DNA of 64,000 nucleotides from Alphaproteobacteria bacterium (GCA_965248835.1 CBDFLJ010000001.1:64001-128000); one strand, 5' to 3'; shown: positions 30,180 to 40,756, counted from the first letter of the stretch. Numbers and translations: made by a program. The notes: generated by a model from the sequence alone, not told the origin.

Positions 30180-31598
30180 ATGAGACGGCACAGACGCACC
30201 AAGATCGTGGCCACGCTGGGTCCGGCGAGCGGGACGGCCGAGACCATCGAAGCGCTGTTCGATGCCGGCGCGGATGTCTTCCGGCTCAATTTCAGCCATG
30301 GCAGCCAGGAACAGCACGCAGAGCGCGTGCGCTGGCTGCGCGCTCTGGAACACCGCACCGGGCGGCCGATCGGCATCCTGATGGATTTGCAGGGGCCCAA
30401 GCCGCGGCTGGGCAGGATCGACGACGGTGCCGCGCTGATCGAGGCCGGCGCGCGCTTCCGGCTCGACCTGTCGCCGGAGCCCGGCTGCGCCCGCCGCGCA
30501 CCGCTGCCCCACCCGGAGGTCTTCGAGGTCCTCCATGAGGGCGCGGAACTGCTGATCGACGACGGCAAGATCCGCCTGGTGGTCCGCGAGGCGACCGCCG
30601 ACCACGCGGTCACCGAGGTGGCGGCCGGCGGCCGGCTGACCGACCACAAGGGCGTGAACCTGCCGCAGGTCGTGCTGCCGATCTCGGCGCTGACCGACAA
30701 GGACCGGCGCGATCTGGAGTTCGGCCTGAGCCTGGGGGTCGACTGGGTCGGGCTGAGCTTCGTCCAGCGCCCCGACGATGTCGCCGAGGCGCGCGCGCTG
30801 ATCGGCGACCGCGCCGCGGTGATGAGCAAGCTCGAGAAGCCAGAGGCGATCCAGCAGCTCGACGAGATCCTGGCGCTGTCGGACGGTGTGATGGTCGCAC
30901 GCGGCGATCTCGGCGTCGAGCTGCCGCCGGAAGACGTGCCGAGCATCCAGAAGCAGATCGTCCGCCGCTGCCGCGAGGTCGGCAAGCCGGTGGTGGTCGC
31001 CACCCAGATGCTGGAATCTATGATCAACGCGCCCGCGCCGACCCGGGCCGAGGCCTCCGACGTCGCTACCGCTGTCTATGACGGCGCCGATTCGGTGATG
31101 TTGTCCGCCGAGACCGCAGCCGGCGCCTACCCGTGCGAGGCGGTCGCGATCATGAACCGGATCATCCAGCGGGTCGAGCGCGACGACGGCTACCGCGCGA
31201 TCATGGATGCGGTGCACCCCGGCCCGGAGGAGACCGCTTCCGATGCGATCAGCGTTGCCGCGGCACAGGTCGCCAGCACCCTCAAAGCGGCGGCCATCGT
31301 CACCTTCACTACATCGGGCTCGACCGCGCTCCGGGCCTCGCGCGAGCGGCCGACGGTGCCGATCCTGTTGCTGACCGAATCCGAGTCGACCGCTCGGCGG
31401 CTGGCGCTGGCCTGGGGAGTCCACTGCGTGGTCACCGAGGACGTGCGCGACTTCGCCGACATGGTGAACAAGGCTTGCCACATCGCCCAGCGCGAAGAGT
31501 TCGCGCTTACCGGCGAGCGCGTGGTGATCACCGCCGGCGTCCCCTTCGGCACGCCGGGCACGACCAACATCCTGCGGATCGCCTCGATCAGCCACTAA
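30180..31598 (+). CDS. pyk: pyruvate kinase
   Basis: TKIVATLGP, RLNFSHG, DLQGPK, MVARGDLGVE, ATQMLESM, PTRAE, MLSAET. Confidence 0.97.
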   Translation: MRRHRRTKIVATLGPASGTAETIEALFDAGADVFRLNFSHGSQEQHAERVRWLRALEHRTGRPIGILMDLQGPKPRLGRIDDGAALIEAGARFRLDLSPEPGCARRAPLPHPEVFEVLHEGAELLIDDGKIRLVVREATADHAVTEVAAGGRLTDHKGVNLPQVVLPISALTDKDRRDLEFGLSLGVDWVGLSFVQRPDDVAEARALIGDRAAVMSKLEKPEAIQQLDEILALSDGVMVARGDLGVELPPEDVPSIQKQIVRRCREVGKPVVVATQMLESMINAPAPTRAEASDVATAVYDGADSVMLSAETAAGAYPCEAVAIMNRIIQRVERDDGYRAIMDAVHPGPEETASDAISVAAAQVASTLKAAAIVTFTTSGSTALRASRERPTVPILLLTESESTARRLALAWGVHCVVTEDVRDFADMVNKACHIAQREEFALTGERVVITAGVPFGTPGTTNILRIASISH

Positions 31599-31687
31599 GC
31601 GCCGGCACCGGCTCGATCGGGTTGGAACACGCACCGGCGGGTCTGCTATCTTCGCCCGTCCGGCCAATGCCGCAGGAGCGATTTCGC

Positions 31688-32539
31688 ATGACTGTCACCG
31701 TCACCCCCTTGTCCGATGTCTGCGGGGCGGAGATCACCGGGGTGGATCTGCGCAAGCCGCTGTCGGCGGAAGACATCGCCGCGGTCTATCGGGCCTGGCT
31801 CGACCACCAGGTCGTGGTGTTCCGCGACCAGGATTTGAGCCCGGCGGACCAGAAGCGCGCCTGCGCGAATTTCGGCGAGGTCGGCGAATACAGCCGGCCG
31901 AGATCGCGCCAGCATCCGGAATACGCCAGCGACGAGATCATGCTGGTCTCCAACATCCGGGATAAGGACGGCCACCCCATCGGCGCCCACCCCGATGGCG
32001 AGATGATGTGGCACACCGACACCATGTACGTGCCCAACCCGCACAAGGCGACGACGCTGTTTGCCGTCGAGATCCCCTCGCGGGGCGGCAACACCAGGTT
32101 CTCGAACCAGTACATGGTCTATGACGCGTTGCCCCCGGCGCTGAAACAGAGGCTGCGCGGCGCCATGGCGATGAACTGCTACGAATACGGCACCACGGTC
32201 AAATCGATTGCGCGCTACGACCGGGCGAGCGTGCCGCACCACCCCCATCCGGTCTTTCGCCGGCACCCCGAGACGGGGCGGACGGCGGTCTATGTCTGCC
32301 CGCTGATGACCGAGGAGATCGTCGGGGTGGACGCGGACGAGAGCGCGGCTGTCCTGGCTGAGATCTACCGGATCCAGCGGCGCGCGGAATTCGTCTTCGA
32401 ACATGTCTGGCGCCTCGGCGACATGGTGATGTGGGACAACCGGTGCCTGCTGCATTCCCGCGCCGACTTCCCGCGCGAGGAGCGCCGGCTGCTGCGCCGG
32501 GTGACGATCAGCGACGAGAGCGCGGTGCTCGCCGCCTGA
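31688..32539 (+). CDS. TauD/TfdA family 2-oxoglutarate/Fe dioxygenase
   Basis: GAEITGVDL, WHTD, GGNT, HPVFRRHPETGR, WDNRCLLHSR. Confidence 0.92.
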   Translation: MTVTVTPLSDVCGAEITGVDLRKPLSAEDIAAVYRAWLDHQVVVFRDQDLSPADQKRACANFGEVGEYSRPRSRQHPEYASDEIMLVSNIRDKDGHPIGAHPDGEMMWHTDTMYVPNPHKATTLFAVEIPSRGGNTRFSNQYMVYDALPPALKQRLRGAMAMNCYEYGTTVKSIARYDRASVPHHPHPVFRRHPETGRTAVYVCPLMTEEIVGVDADESAAVLAEIYRIQRRAEFVFEHVWRLGDMVMWDNRCLLHSRADFPREERRLLRRVTISDESAVLAA

Positions 32540-32541
32540 TC

Positions 32542-33114
32542 TCAGATGTCGCGACCGCGAAGCTTGTCGCGCAGCGCGCGGATATGGGAGTCCGCTCCGG
32601 CCATGTTGGGATGGATCTCGAGTGCGCGGTCGAAGGCGGCGAGCGCGCTTTCCTCCTCCTCCAACGCCAGGTGCACCAGGCCGAGCCCGGACAGCGCCCC
32701 GAAATGGCGCGGCTCGAGCGCGAGCGTCCGCTCGATGTCGGCCTTGGAGTCCGCGAAGCGGCCCATCAGGTAGTAGAGCGTCGCCCGCTTGTTCCAGCCC
32801 TCGGCGAAGTCCGGCGCGCGCTTGACGATCGCATCGAAGGCGATCAGCGCCCGGGCAAAATCGCGCCCGGCCATCGCGTGCAGACCGACCGCCATGATGC
32901 GGTCGATCTCCTCGGCGCCGGAGAGGTGCCAGATCGCCCAGATAGCCTGCTCCGGCTCGACCGCCGCTTCCGCGCTGGGCGCGGCCTTGAGGCGATCGAA
33001 CAGGTCCGGCAGGCGCGGATCGTTCTGGGCCGCAAGACCGATGGTCGCGAAGCTCAGCGTCGCCGCGGTGGCGATCCACGAGAACACGCGTTTCAAGGGG
33101 TCATCCCCGTCCAT
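32542..33114 (-). CDS. tetratricopeptide repeat protein
   Basis: PDFAEGWNKRATLYY, LEPRHFGALSGLG. Confidence 0.85.
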   Translation of the reverse strand: MDGDDPLKRVFSWIATAATLSFATIGLAAQNDPRLPDLFDRLKAAPSAEAAVEPEQAIWAIWHLSGAEEIDRIMAVGLHAMAGRDFARALIAFDAIVKRAPDFAEGWNKRATLYYLMGRFADSKADIERTLALEPRHFGALSGLGLVHLALEEEESALAAFDRALEIHPNMAGADSHIRALRDKLRGRDI

Positions 33115-34411
33115 CGTCCGTCTCCGCCAATTCGACCGGGCGCGGCCCGCCGTCGGCCCAATCGAGCAGCGCCACAGTATGGACCACCGGGAGCCTGGTC
33201 GCCTTGGCAATCTGGGACATGCAGCCGATATTGCCTGCCGCGATCACGTCGGGGGCCAGCGCCTCGAGATGGCCGGCCTTGCGCGCCCCGAGCGCATCGG
33301 CGAGCGCCGGCTGCAAAATGTTATAGGTCCCGGCCGAGCCGCAGCACAGATGGCCTTCCTGCGGCAGGACAACCTCGAACCCGGCACGGCGCAGCAGGTC
33401 CACCGGCGCGGCGTGGATCTTCTGGCCATGCTGCAAGGCGCATGCCGAATGGTAGGCCACCTTGATCCCGCGCGGCGGCGAGTCCGATCGCGGAACGCCG
33501 ATCCGGACCAGGAATTCGCTGATGTCGCAGGCAAGGTCCGAGATCCGTGCGGCGTCCCGCGCCGAATCCCGGTGATCGCGGAACAGGTGAGCGTAGTCGC
33601 GGACCATCACGCCGCAGCCCGAGGCGTTGACGACCACGGCGTCGAGTCCGGCGCCGTCGATCTCAGCCCGCCAGGCCGTGAGGTTGGCCCGCGCGGCGGC
33701 AAGCGCGCCGGCGTGGTCACCCAGATGGTGGGCGATCGCGCCGCAACAGCCGGCGCCGCGGGCCAGCACGACCTCACAGCCGTTGCGGGTCAGCAGACCG
33801 ATGGTCGCGGCGTTGATCCCGGCGTCCATCACCTGTTGGACGCATCCGGCGAGCAGCGCCACCCGGTAGCGCCGCACACCGGCCGCGCGGTGCACCTCGC
33901 CGGCCGAAGATACCGGGCTGCCGCGCGCGCCGCGCGGGGCGAGCCGGGCCATGCGGCCCAGCGCGCCAGGGAAGCGCCGGGCCAGCGGGCCGGCGAGCCT
34001 GGCCAGCCCCAGCGCCGCCCGGAACCGGCGCGGCGAGGGCAGGATCGCCGCCAGCGCACGGCGCAGCACGCGCTCCGCCACCGGCCGGCGGAAGGTTTCC
34101 TCGATCCGCCGGCGGGCGAGGTCGACCAGATGCATGTAGTTAACGCCCGACGGGCAGGTCGTCATGCAGGACAGGCAGGACAGGCAACGGTCGATATGGC
34201 CGACAACCTTTCGGGTCGGCGCAGCCCCGGTCTCCAGAATTTCCTTCATCAGGTAAATGCGCCCGCGCGGGCTGTCGAGCTCGTCGCCGAGCAGCACGTA
34301 TGTCGGACACGTCGCTTGGCAGAACCCGCAATGGACACATGCCCGCAGGATCGATTCCGCATCGGCGGTATCGGGATCGGCAAGCTGCGCGGCGGTGAAA
34401 CGGGTCTGCAT
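33101..34411 (-). CDS. glcF: glycolate oxidase iron-sulfur subunit
   Basis: CVHCGFCQATCP, DSPRGRI, CLSCLSCMTTCP, two CCG domains; follows glcDE. Confidence 0.95.
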   Translation of the reverse strand: MQTRFTAAQLADPDTADAESILRACVHCGFCQATCPTYVLLGDELDSPRGRIYLMKEILETGAAPTRKVVGHIDRCLSCLSCMTTCPSGVNYMHLVDLARRRIEETFRRPVAERVLRRALAAILPSPRRFRAALGLARLAGPLARRFPGALGRMARLAPRGARGSPVSSAGEVHRAAGVRRYRVALLAGCVQQVMDAGINAATIGLLTRNGCEVVLARGAGCCGAIAHHLGDHAGALAAARANLTAWRAEIDGAGLDAVVVNASGCGVMVRDYAHLFRDHRDSARDAARISDLACDISEFLVRIGVPRSDSPPRGIKVAYHSACALQHGQKIHAAPVDLLRRAGFEVVLPQEGHLCCGSAGTYNILQPALADALGARKAGHLEALAPDVIAAGNIGCMSQIAKATRLPVVHTVALLDWADGGPRPVELAETDDGRG

Positions 34412-34419
34412 CGGGCCTC

Positions 34420-35642
34420 TCAAATCCCGTCATACATACGGCCGGGGTTTAGGATCGCCTTGGGGTCGAAGGCCTCCTTGATACGCGCGCTGAGTGCGGC
34501 GCGGCCGGCCGGCTGCGGGTGGAAGACCGGAACCGCCCGACGCGCGCTTCGGGCGCGCGGATCAGGCTGGCATGGCCGCCGGCGCGGTCGACCGCATCCC
34601 GAACCGCCGGCGCGCCGGCCGCCTCTGTATCGCCCGCCAGCGCCAGCCAGACCAGCCCGCCGCCCCAGTCATAGAACGCCTCGGCGGGCACACTGCTGCG
34701 GATCGCCGCGACGGTCGCCGCACCCTCGGAAGGCGGCACCGACAGCCGCCAGACCAGCATGTCGGAGGGAGAAGCGAAATACGCGACCCCACCGACCTCG
34801 CGCCACAGCGCGGCGGAGTTGCGACCGTGCAGCTCATCGACGTGATGCCCGGGCTCGAACAGCGCGCGCAGCGCCTCGCAGCGGACCAGCACCGACGGCT
34901 CCGGCCCCTCGATCCTGAGCGCGGTGACCGCCCCACCCAGCCCCCTCACCCGCTCGATCGAGGACGCCGCGGCGATGGATGCGGGCAGGTGCGCGGCGGC
35001 GGAGACGTCGTGCTGTCCGGACAGCGCGCGGGACAGCGCGGCGGTGCCCGCCTTGTCATCGAGCCCGCCGATCAGGACGGTACGCAGCTTCTCGGCTGCC
35101 GGCAGCACCTTGACGGTGATCTCGGTCATCACGGCCAGCGTGCCGTAGGAACCGGCCATAAGCTTGGGCAGGTCGTAGCCGGTGACGTTCTTGACCACCC
35201 GCCCACCGGACTTGAAGATTTCGGCCCGCCCGCTGACCGCCTTCACGCCCAGGAAATGATCGCGCACGGCACCGGCCTTGGGCCGGCGCGGTCCCGACAA
35301 ATTGGTTGCGACCACCCCGCCCAGCGTCGCGCCATCGGCCGCACCGCCCAGCAGCGGTCCGAGATCGGGCGGCTCGAAGGCCAAGCACTGGCCGTGCTGG
35401 GCAAGCCGGTCGGTGATCTCCCGCAGGCTGGTGCCGGGCGCCGCCGTGAGCACCAGCTCCTCGGGCTCGTAAAGCGAAATTCCGGCAACCCCCGCCAGGT
35501 CGAGCACCGCATCGGCTGGGCCGGGCCGACCGAGTCCGCGCTTGGTGCCGCCGGAGACCACATCGAGCGGCCGTCCCGCCGACAGCGCCCAGGCGACCGC
35601 CTCGCGAACCTCGTCCTCGGTGGTCGGCCGCAGCACCTCCAC
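34420..35642 (-). CDS. glcE: glycolate oxidase FAD subunit (1-nt frameshift near 34543)
   Basis: YEPEELV, SGPRR, GGRVVKNVTGYDL, DWGGG; true C-terminus ...KEAFDPKAILNPGRMYDGI* lies in another frame. Confidence 0.9.
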
Positions 35643-35649
35643 GGCGCGC

Positions 35650-37137
35650 TCAGAACCGCGGCAGGTCGGGAAAGCGCGTCTCGCCCCGATGGACGTGGAC
35701 CCGGCCGAGTTCGGCGCAGCGGTGCAGCACGGGAAAGACCTTGCCGGGGTTGAGCAGCAGCGCCGGATCGAAGGCGCATTTCAGGCGCTGCTGTTGCTTG
35801 AGGTCGTCCTCGGAGAACATCGTGCCCATCAGGTCGCGCTTTTCCACGCCGACGCCATGCTCGCCGGTGAGCACGCCGCCGACCTCGACGCACAACTTCA
35901 GGATCGCCTCGCCGAACGCCTCGGCCCTGTCCAGCTCGCCCGGACGGTTCGCGTCATAGAGGATCAGGGGATGGAGGTTGCCGTCGCCGGCGTGAAAGAC
36001 GTTGGCGACCCGCAGACCGAAGGTCTCCGACATCTCGGCCATCCGGGACAGGACCTGCGGCAGGCGGTGGCGCGGGATGGTGCCGTCCATGCAGTAGTAA
36101 TCGGGCGAGATCCGCCCGACGGCGGGGAAGGCCGACTTGCGGCCGGCCCAGAACCGGACCCGCTCGTCCTCGTTCTCGCTGATCCGGAGCGAGGTCGCGC
36201 CATGCGCCCGCGCGAGGGCCTGGACCCGCTCGACCAGATGCTCGACCTCGGCGTCCGGACCGTCGAGCTCGACGATCAGCAGTGCGGCCGCATCGCGTGG
36301 ATAGCCGGCGGCGACGAAGTCCTCCGCGGCGTTGATCGCCAGACCGTCCATCATCTCCATGCCGCCGGGAATGATGCCGGCCCCGATCACCGCGGCCACG
36401 CAATTGCCGGCCGCTTCGCTGGACGGGAAGCCGATCAGAAGCGCGCGCGCCGACGGCACCTTGGGCAGGATGCGCACCGTGATCTCGGTGATCACCCCGA
36501 GCAGGCCTTCCGAGCCGGTGATCACGCCCAACAGATCGTAGCCTTCCGAATCCAGGTGCCGGCCGCCGATCCGCACGACCTCGCCGTCCATCAGCACGAT
36601 TTCGAGCCCGAGCACGTTGTTGGTGGTCAGTCCGTATTTGAGGCAATGCACGCCGCCGGCGTTCTCCGCGACGTTGCCGCCGATCGAGCACGCGATCTGG
36701 CTGGAGGGATCGGGCGCGTAGTAGAAGCCCGCCCCGTCGACCGCCTGGCTGATCGCGAGGTTGGTCACGCCGGGCTGGACGACCGCGCAGCGGTTGGCGT
36801 AGTCGATCTCCAGCACGCGGTTGAACTTGCCGAGCCCGACCAGCACCCCGTCGGCCAGCGGCAGCGCGCCGCCGGACAGCGAGGTCCCCGACCCGCGCGG
36901 CACGACCTTGATTCCCTGCGTGTGGCAATATCCCAGGATCGCGGTGACCTGGTCCACCGTCTCCGGCAGCACGGCGACCATGGGCGGCTGGCGATAGGCG
37001 GTCAGGCCGTCGCTCTCGTAAGCCCGCAGCGATGGCCCGTCCTCGATCACGCCCTCGCCCGGGACGATCGCGCGCAATGCACGCACGATCTCAGCGCGGC
37101 GCGCGATCACGCCGGCATCGGGTTCTGGCATCTTCAT
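35650..37137 (-). CDS. glcD: glycolate oxidase subunit GlcD
   Basis: PRGSGTSLSGG, PDPSSQ, NAGGVHCLKYG, GSEG, FHAGDGNLHP, GEHGVG, LNPGK. Confidence 0.95.
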   Translation of the reverse strand: MKMPEPDAGVIARRAEIVRALRAIVPGEGVIEDGPSLRAYESDGLTAYRQPPMVAVLPETVDQVTAILGYCHTQGIKVVPRGSGTSLSGGALPLADGVLVGLGKFNRVLEIDYANRCAVVQPGVTNLAISQAVDGAGFYYAPDPSSQIACSIGGNVAENAGGVHCLKYGLTTNNVLGLEIVLMDGEVVRIGGRHLDSEGYDLLGVITGSEGLLGVITEITVRILPKVPSARALLIGFPSSEAAGNCVAAVIGAGIIPGGMEMMDGLAINAAEDFVAAGYPRDAAALLIVELDGPDAEVEHLVERVQALARAHGATSLRISENEDERVRFWAGRKSAFPAVGRISPDYYCMDGTIPRHRLPQVLSRMAEMSETFGLRVANVFHAGDGNLHPLILYDANRPGELDRAEAFGEAILKLCVEVGGVLTGEHGVGVEKRDLMGTMFSEDDLKQQQRLKCAFDPALLLNPGKVFPVLHRCAELGRVHVHRGETRFPDLPRF

Positions 37138-37221
37138 CGCTGCCCGCCTCGGCCCGGTGTCACCAGGCCGATTCTAGGACGGATCGCGCCGCGCCGCCAC
37201 CGCGTCGGGACGAGCGCCGGC

Positions 37222-37347
37222 TCAGCCCTGGCGAGCCTTGAAGCGCGGGTTCTTCTTGTTGATTACATAGACCCGGCCCCGGCGGCGGACGACGCGGCAT
37301 GCGCGGTCGCGCTTCTTGGCTGATTTGAGCGAGTTGATGACTTTCAT
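37222..37347 (-). CDS. rpmJ: 50S ribosomal protein L36, type B (zinc-free)
   Basis: [41 protein letters not shown], 41 aa; not in the ORF track. Confidence 0.96.
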   Translation of the reverse strand: MKVINSLKSAKKRDRACRVVRRRGRVYVINKKNPRFKARQG

Positions 37348-37397
37348 GACGGCACAACCCGGCGCGGCCGGTTTTCCAAGTTTCCGAGGCGGGCCGG

Positions 37398-37426
37398 ACA
37401 CTAGTCGCGGGGCGCGGTTCTGTCAA
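37398..37426 (-). promoter_or_regulatory. sigma70-type promoter of rpmJ
   Basis: TTGACA-17 nt-TAGTGT on the minus strand, about 50 nt upstream of the ATG. Confidence 0.65.
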
Positions 37427-37601
37427 CGCGCTGTCCTGGTTCAGGACATACCCACCGGGCGTGTAGACGCTTCCGGAACGAGGGTCTAACGTTTCGCGTC
37501 GCGCTTCGGTCCGACCTGCCTGTCCGGCTGGCCCGCGATTGCGGCGCCGGCCCCGCGCGGTGCCCACAGGGGTTGCGCGGGAGCGATCATCGGGAGGTTC
37601 C

Positions 37602-38240
37602 ATGCAGCTCTACACGTTTTTCAGATCATCGGCGGCGTACCGCATGCGCATCGCCCTCAACCTCAAGGGGCTCGCCTACGAGCCGGTCGCGGTCAGCCTG
37701 CCCAGGATGGAGCACCGCGAGCCGGAATTCGCGGCGGTCAATCCCCAGCGCCTGGTGCCCGCGCTGGTCGACGGCCCGGTCACGCTGATCCAATCGGTCG
37801 CGATGATGGAGTATCTCGAAGAGACCCATCCCGAGCCGCCGCTGCTTCCGGCCGACCCCGTCGAGCGGGCCTATGTCCGGGCGCTCACCCAGGTTATCGC
37901 CTGCGACATCCACCCGCTGAACAATGTCCGGGTCCTGATATACCTGAAGGATCAGCTCGATCACGACGAACAGACGCGCAACCGGTGGTACGCCCATTGG
38001 ATTGCGGAGGGGTTCGCCGCCCTGGAAGGACTGCTGCAAAGCCAGGGCAAAGCCGGCCGCTTCTGCCACGGCGACCGGGTCAGCATGGCCGATGTCTGCC
38101 TGGTGCCCCAGGTCTTCAATGCCAAACGATTCGAGTGCCCGACCGATCCTTACCCCACCGTGATGCGCATCTTCGAGGCGTGCCAGGCGCTGGAAGCCTT
38201 CACCCAGGCCGCGCCGGCGCGCCAACCCGATGCGACCTAA
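37602..38240 (+). CDS. maiA: maleylacetoacetate isomerase (GST zeta)
   Basis: FRSSAAYRMRIALNLKG, NPQRLVP, QSVAMMEYL, ACDIHPLNN, ADVCLVPQ. Confidence 0.93.
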   Translation: MQLYTFFRSSAAYRMRIALNLKGLAYEPVAVSLPRMEHREPEFAAVNPQRLVPALVDGPVTLIQSVAMMEYLEETHPEPPLLPADPVERAYVRALTQVIACDIHPLNNVRVLIYLKDQLDHDEQTRNRWYAHWIAEGFAALEGLLQSQGKAGRFCHGDRVSMADVCLVPQVFNAKRFECPTDPYPTVMRIFEACQALEAFTQAAPARQPDAT

Positions 38241-38266
38241 GGCATGCTGCAAGCGGTGAGGCGGCG

Positions 38267-39625
38267 ATGCGGACGGCTTTCACCGCCGGGCAGCTCGCAG
38301 TGCCGGCAATCGCGGATGCGGACCGGATTCTGAAGGACTGCGTCCATTACGGGTTCTGCATCGCGGTCTGCCCGACCTATGTGCTGCTCGGCGACGAGCT
38401 GGACGCGCCGCGCGGGCGCATAGACCTGATCCGCGCGATGCTGGAGTCCGGCGCCCCGCCGCCGGCGCGCACGGTGGGCTATATCGACCGGTGCCTGTCA
38501 TGCAACGCCTGCATGACGACGTGTGCGGCCAGCGTCGATTACATGCATCTTGCCGACATCGCCCGCGCCTACATCGAAGACACCTACCGGCGGCCCGTGT
38601 TCGACCGGCTGTTCCGCTGGCTCATCGCGCGGACCGTCCCGGACGCCGGGATATTCCGGGCCGCGGTGCGCCTGGCCCGCTTCGCCGGCCCGGCCCGGTG
38701 GCTGCTCCCGGCCCGGCTCGCCAATCTTCTGGCGCTGGCACCGCGGGACCTGCCGCCGTCCGGCGAGCTGGTGGCGGCCGGCCTCTATCCCGCGGCCGGC
38801 GCCACGCGGAAACGGGTGCTGCTGCTCGCGGGCTGCGTCCAGAAGGCGCTGGCACCGCGGATCAACCGCGCGAGCATCAGCGTGTTGACCCGTCACGGCT
38901 GCGAGGTCGTCGTCGCCGGCGAGGCGGCGTGTTGCGGCGCATTCACCCTGCACATGGGGCGCCAGGCCCAGGCCAAGGCCAGTGCGCGGGCGACGATCGA
39001 GGCCTGGCACGAAATCCTCGAACGCGGCCGCATCGACGCGGTGGTCGTCAATGCTTCGGGCTGCGGCACGACGGTCAAGGACTACGGCCGGATCTTCGCC
39101 CACGACGCGGACATCGTGGACAAGGCCCGGCGCATCGCCGGGATGACGCTCGACATCAGCGAGCTCCTCAGCGAGCTCGAGCTCACCCCGCCGAAAGCCG
39201 CCATCCCGCTCGCGGTCGCCTATCACGATGCCTGCTCGCTCCAACACGCCCAGAAGGTGCGCCTTGGCCCGCGCCAGCTACTGCGGGCGGCGGGTTTCGT
39301 GGTCCGCGACGTGCCAGAGGGGCATTTCTGCTGCGGCTCGGCCGGAGCCTACAACATGCTGCAGCCGGCCATCGCGCGTGCACTGGGCGAGCGCAAGGCC
39401 GCGCATATCGAGAGCACCGGCGCCGCGGTCCTGGCCGCGGGCAACCTGGGCTGCCTCACCCAGCTCGAGCTCTATACCGGCCTGCCGGCGCTGCACACGG
39501 TCGAGCTGCTCGATTGGGCCACCGGCGGTCCGATGCCGGCCGCGCTCGACGGCGTTGCGCTTCCTGCGGCGGCGGCGGGCGCACAAATATCGGCGCCACC
39601 GGCTGCGGGCGCGGGGATATGGTAG
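38267..39625 (+). CDS. GlcF paralog (Fe-S/CCG-domain oxidoreductase subunit)
   Basis: collinear with glcF at 33101; CVHYGFCIAVCP, CLSCNACMTTCA, CCGA, NASGCG, CCGSAG. Confidence 0.9.
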   Translation: MRTAFTAGQLAVPAIADADRILKDCVHYGFCIAVCPTYVLLGDELDAPRGRIDLIRAMLESGAPPPARTVGYIDRCLSCNACMTTCAASVDYMHLADIARAYIEDTYRRPVFDRLFRWLIARTVPDAGIFRAAVRLARFAGPARWLLPARLANLLALAPRDLPPSGELVAAGLYPAAGATRKRVLLLAGCVQKALAPRINRASISVLTRHGCEVVVAGEAACCGAFTLHMGRQAQAKASARATIEAWHEILERGRIDAVVVNASGCGTTVKDYGRIFAHDADIVDKARRIAGMTLDISELLSELELTPPKAAIPLAVAYHDACSLQHAQKVRLGPRQLLRAAGFVVRDVPEGHFCCGSAGAYNMLQPAIARALGERKAAHIESTGAAVLAAGNLGCLTQLELYTGLPALHTVELLDWATGGPMPAALDGVALPAAAAGAQISAPPAAGAGIW

Positions 39626-39641
39626 CGCCCCGGCGGAGGGC

Positions 39642-40703
39642 TCAAGACGAAGCGGCCTTCTGTTCCTCGCCGTGGAGCCGGCGGATCGTCCGGCGCATCT
39701 GGAGGAGCGGCTCGTCGGCCGGCAGGGTGCCGCGCGGGTTGACGTCGGCGCCTTTGGTCTCGGGGTCGAGGTCTATGGCGCGCTGCTGGGCCTCGTAGAC
39801 CGCGAGGTCCTCCCGGATGACCATCTTCATCTGCTCGGTGAACAGCGCCTGCTTGTCCGGCGGCACCATCGTGCGGCGGCTGGCCACGGCCCAGAACTGA
39901 TGGGTCGTGGTCGCGGTCTCCGGCGTCATCGCGTGGTGGACGATGAAGCCCCAATGTCCCTGGCTCCGGGGGCGTTCTTCCTGGGCGAGCCCGTCGCCGG
40001 CCCTGGTCGAGCCGTTGCAGATGTCGATATAGGCCGGCGGCAGCCAGGTCGAGACCTGCCAGCGGTCGATCGGCCCGTCATAGGCGGCGTACTGGACGAA
40101 GGCGCTGGCCGGCGCGATGGCCGGCATCCAGCGCGTGACCCGGACGTGTTCGTCCGCCGTCTCGGTGATCAGATCGGCCGATTCCGCGACCGCCCGGTTG
40201 CCGGTCGTCGAGGAATGGACGTAGGACAGGTGCGACAGGTCCAAGAGGTTGTCGAGCACCAGGCGGTAGCCGCCCTTGACCCGCGCCTGGCCGGTGACCG
40301 AGAACCAGTCCGGGTCGGCGATGCGCGCGTGATAGTCCGGCACGTCGGCCGGATCGGCGCGTTCGGGATCGCCCATCCAGATGAACACCCAGCGGTCGCG
40401 TTCAATCACCGGATAGCGGCGCACGCGCGCCCAGCCCGGCACGTCCGCCTGGCCCGGAACATGAGTGCACGCGCCCTGGCAATCGAAGACCAGCCCGTGA
40501 TAGCCGCACTCGATACTGTCTTCGACGAGGCGGCCTTCGGACAGCGGCAGGTTGCGGTGCGGACAGCGGTTCTCGAGCGCTACCGGCGTGCCGTCCTGCT
40601 TGCGGAACAGGACCACGGACTCGCCGAGCAGCACCAGACCGGTCATCGCGCGACCGAGATCCTCGCTCCAGGCCGCGACATACCAGTGGTTTCTCAGGAA
40701 CAT
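39642..40703 (-). CDS. Rieske non-heme iron oxygenase alpha subunit (VanA/TsaM-like)
   Basis: MFLRNHWYVAAW, CPHR..CGYHG Rieske motif, DNLLDLSHLSYVH, EDLAVYEAQQ. Confidence 0.92.
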   Translation of the reverse strand: MFLRNHWYVAAWSEDLGRAMTGLVLLGESVVLFRKQDGTPVALENRCPHRNLPLSEGRLVEDSIECGYHGLVFDCQGACTHVPGQADVPGWARVRRYPVIERDRWVFIWMGDPERADPADVPDYHARIADPDWFSVTGQARVKGGYRLVLDNLLDLSHLSYVHSSTTGNRAVAESADLITETADEHVRVTRWMPAIAPASAFVQYAAYDGPIDRWQVSTWLPPAYIDICNGSTRAGDGLAQEERPRSQGHWGFIVHHAMTPETATTTHQFWAVASRRTMVPPDKQALFTEQMKMVIREDLAVYEAQQRAIDLDPETKGADVNPRGTLPADEPLLQMRRTIRRLHGEEQKAASS

Positions 40704-40728
40704 CGTGACCTCCCTCCGGCGGCCGGAC

Positions 40729-40756
40729 CGTATGGCACCGCCGGATCGGGTGTCAA
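40729..40756 (-). promoter_or_regulatory. possible sigma70 promoter of the Rieske oxygenase
   Basis: TTGACA-16 nt-CATACG on the minus strand. Confidence 0.35.
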
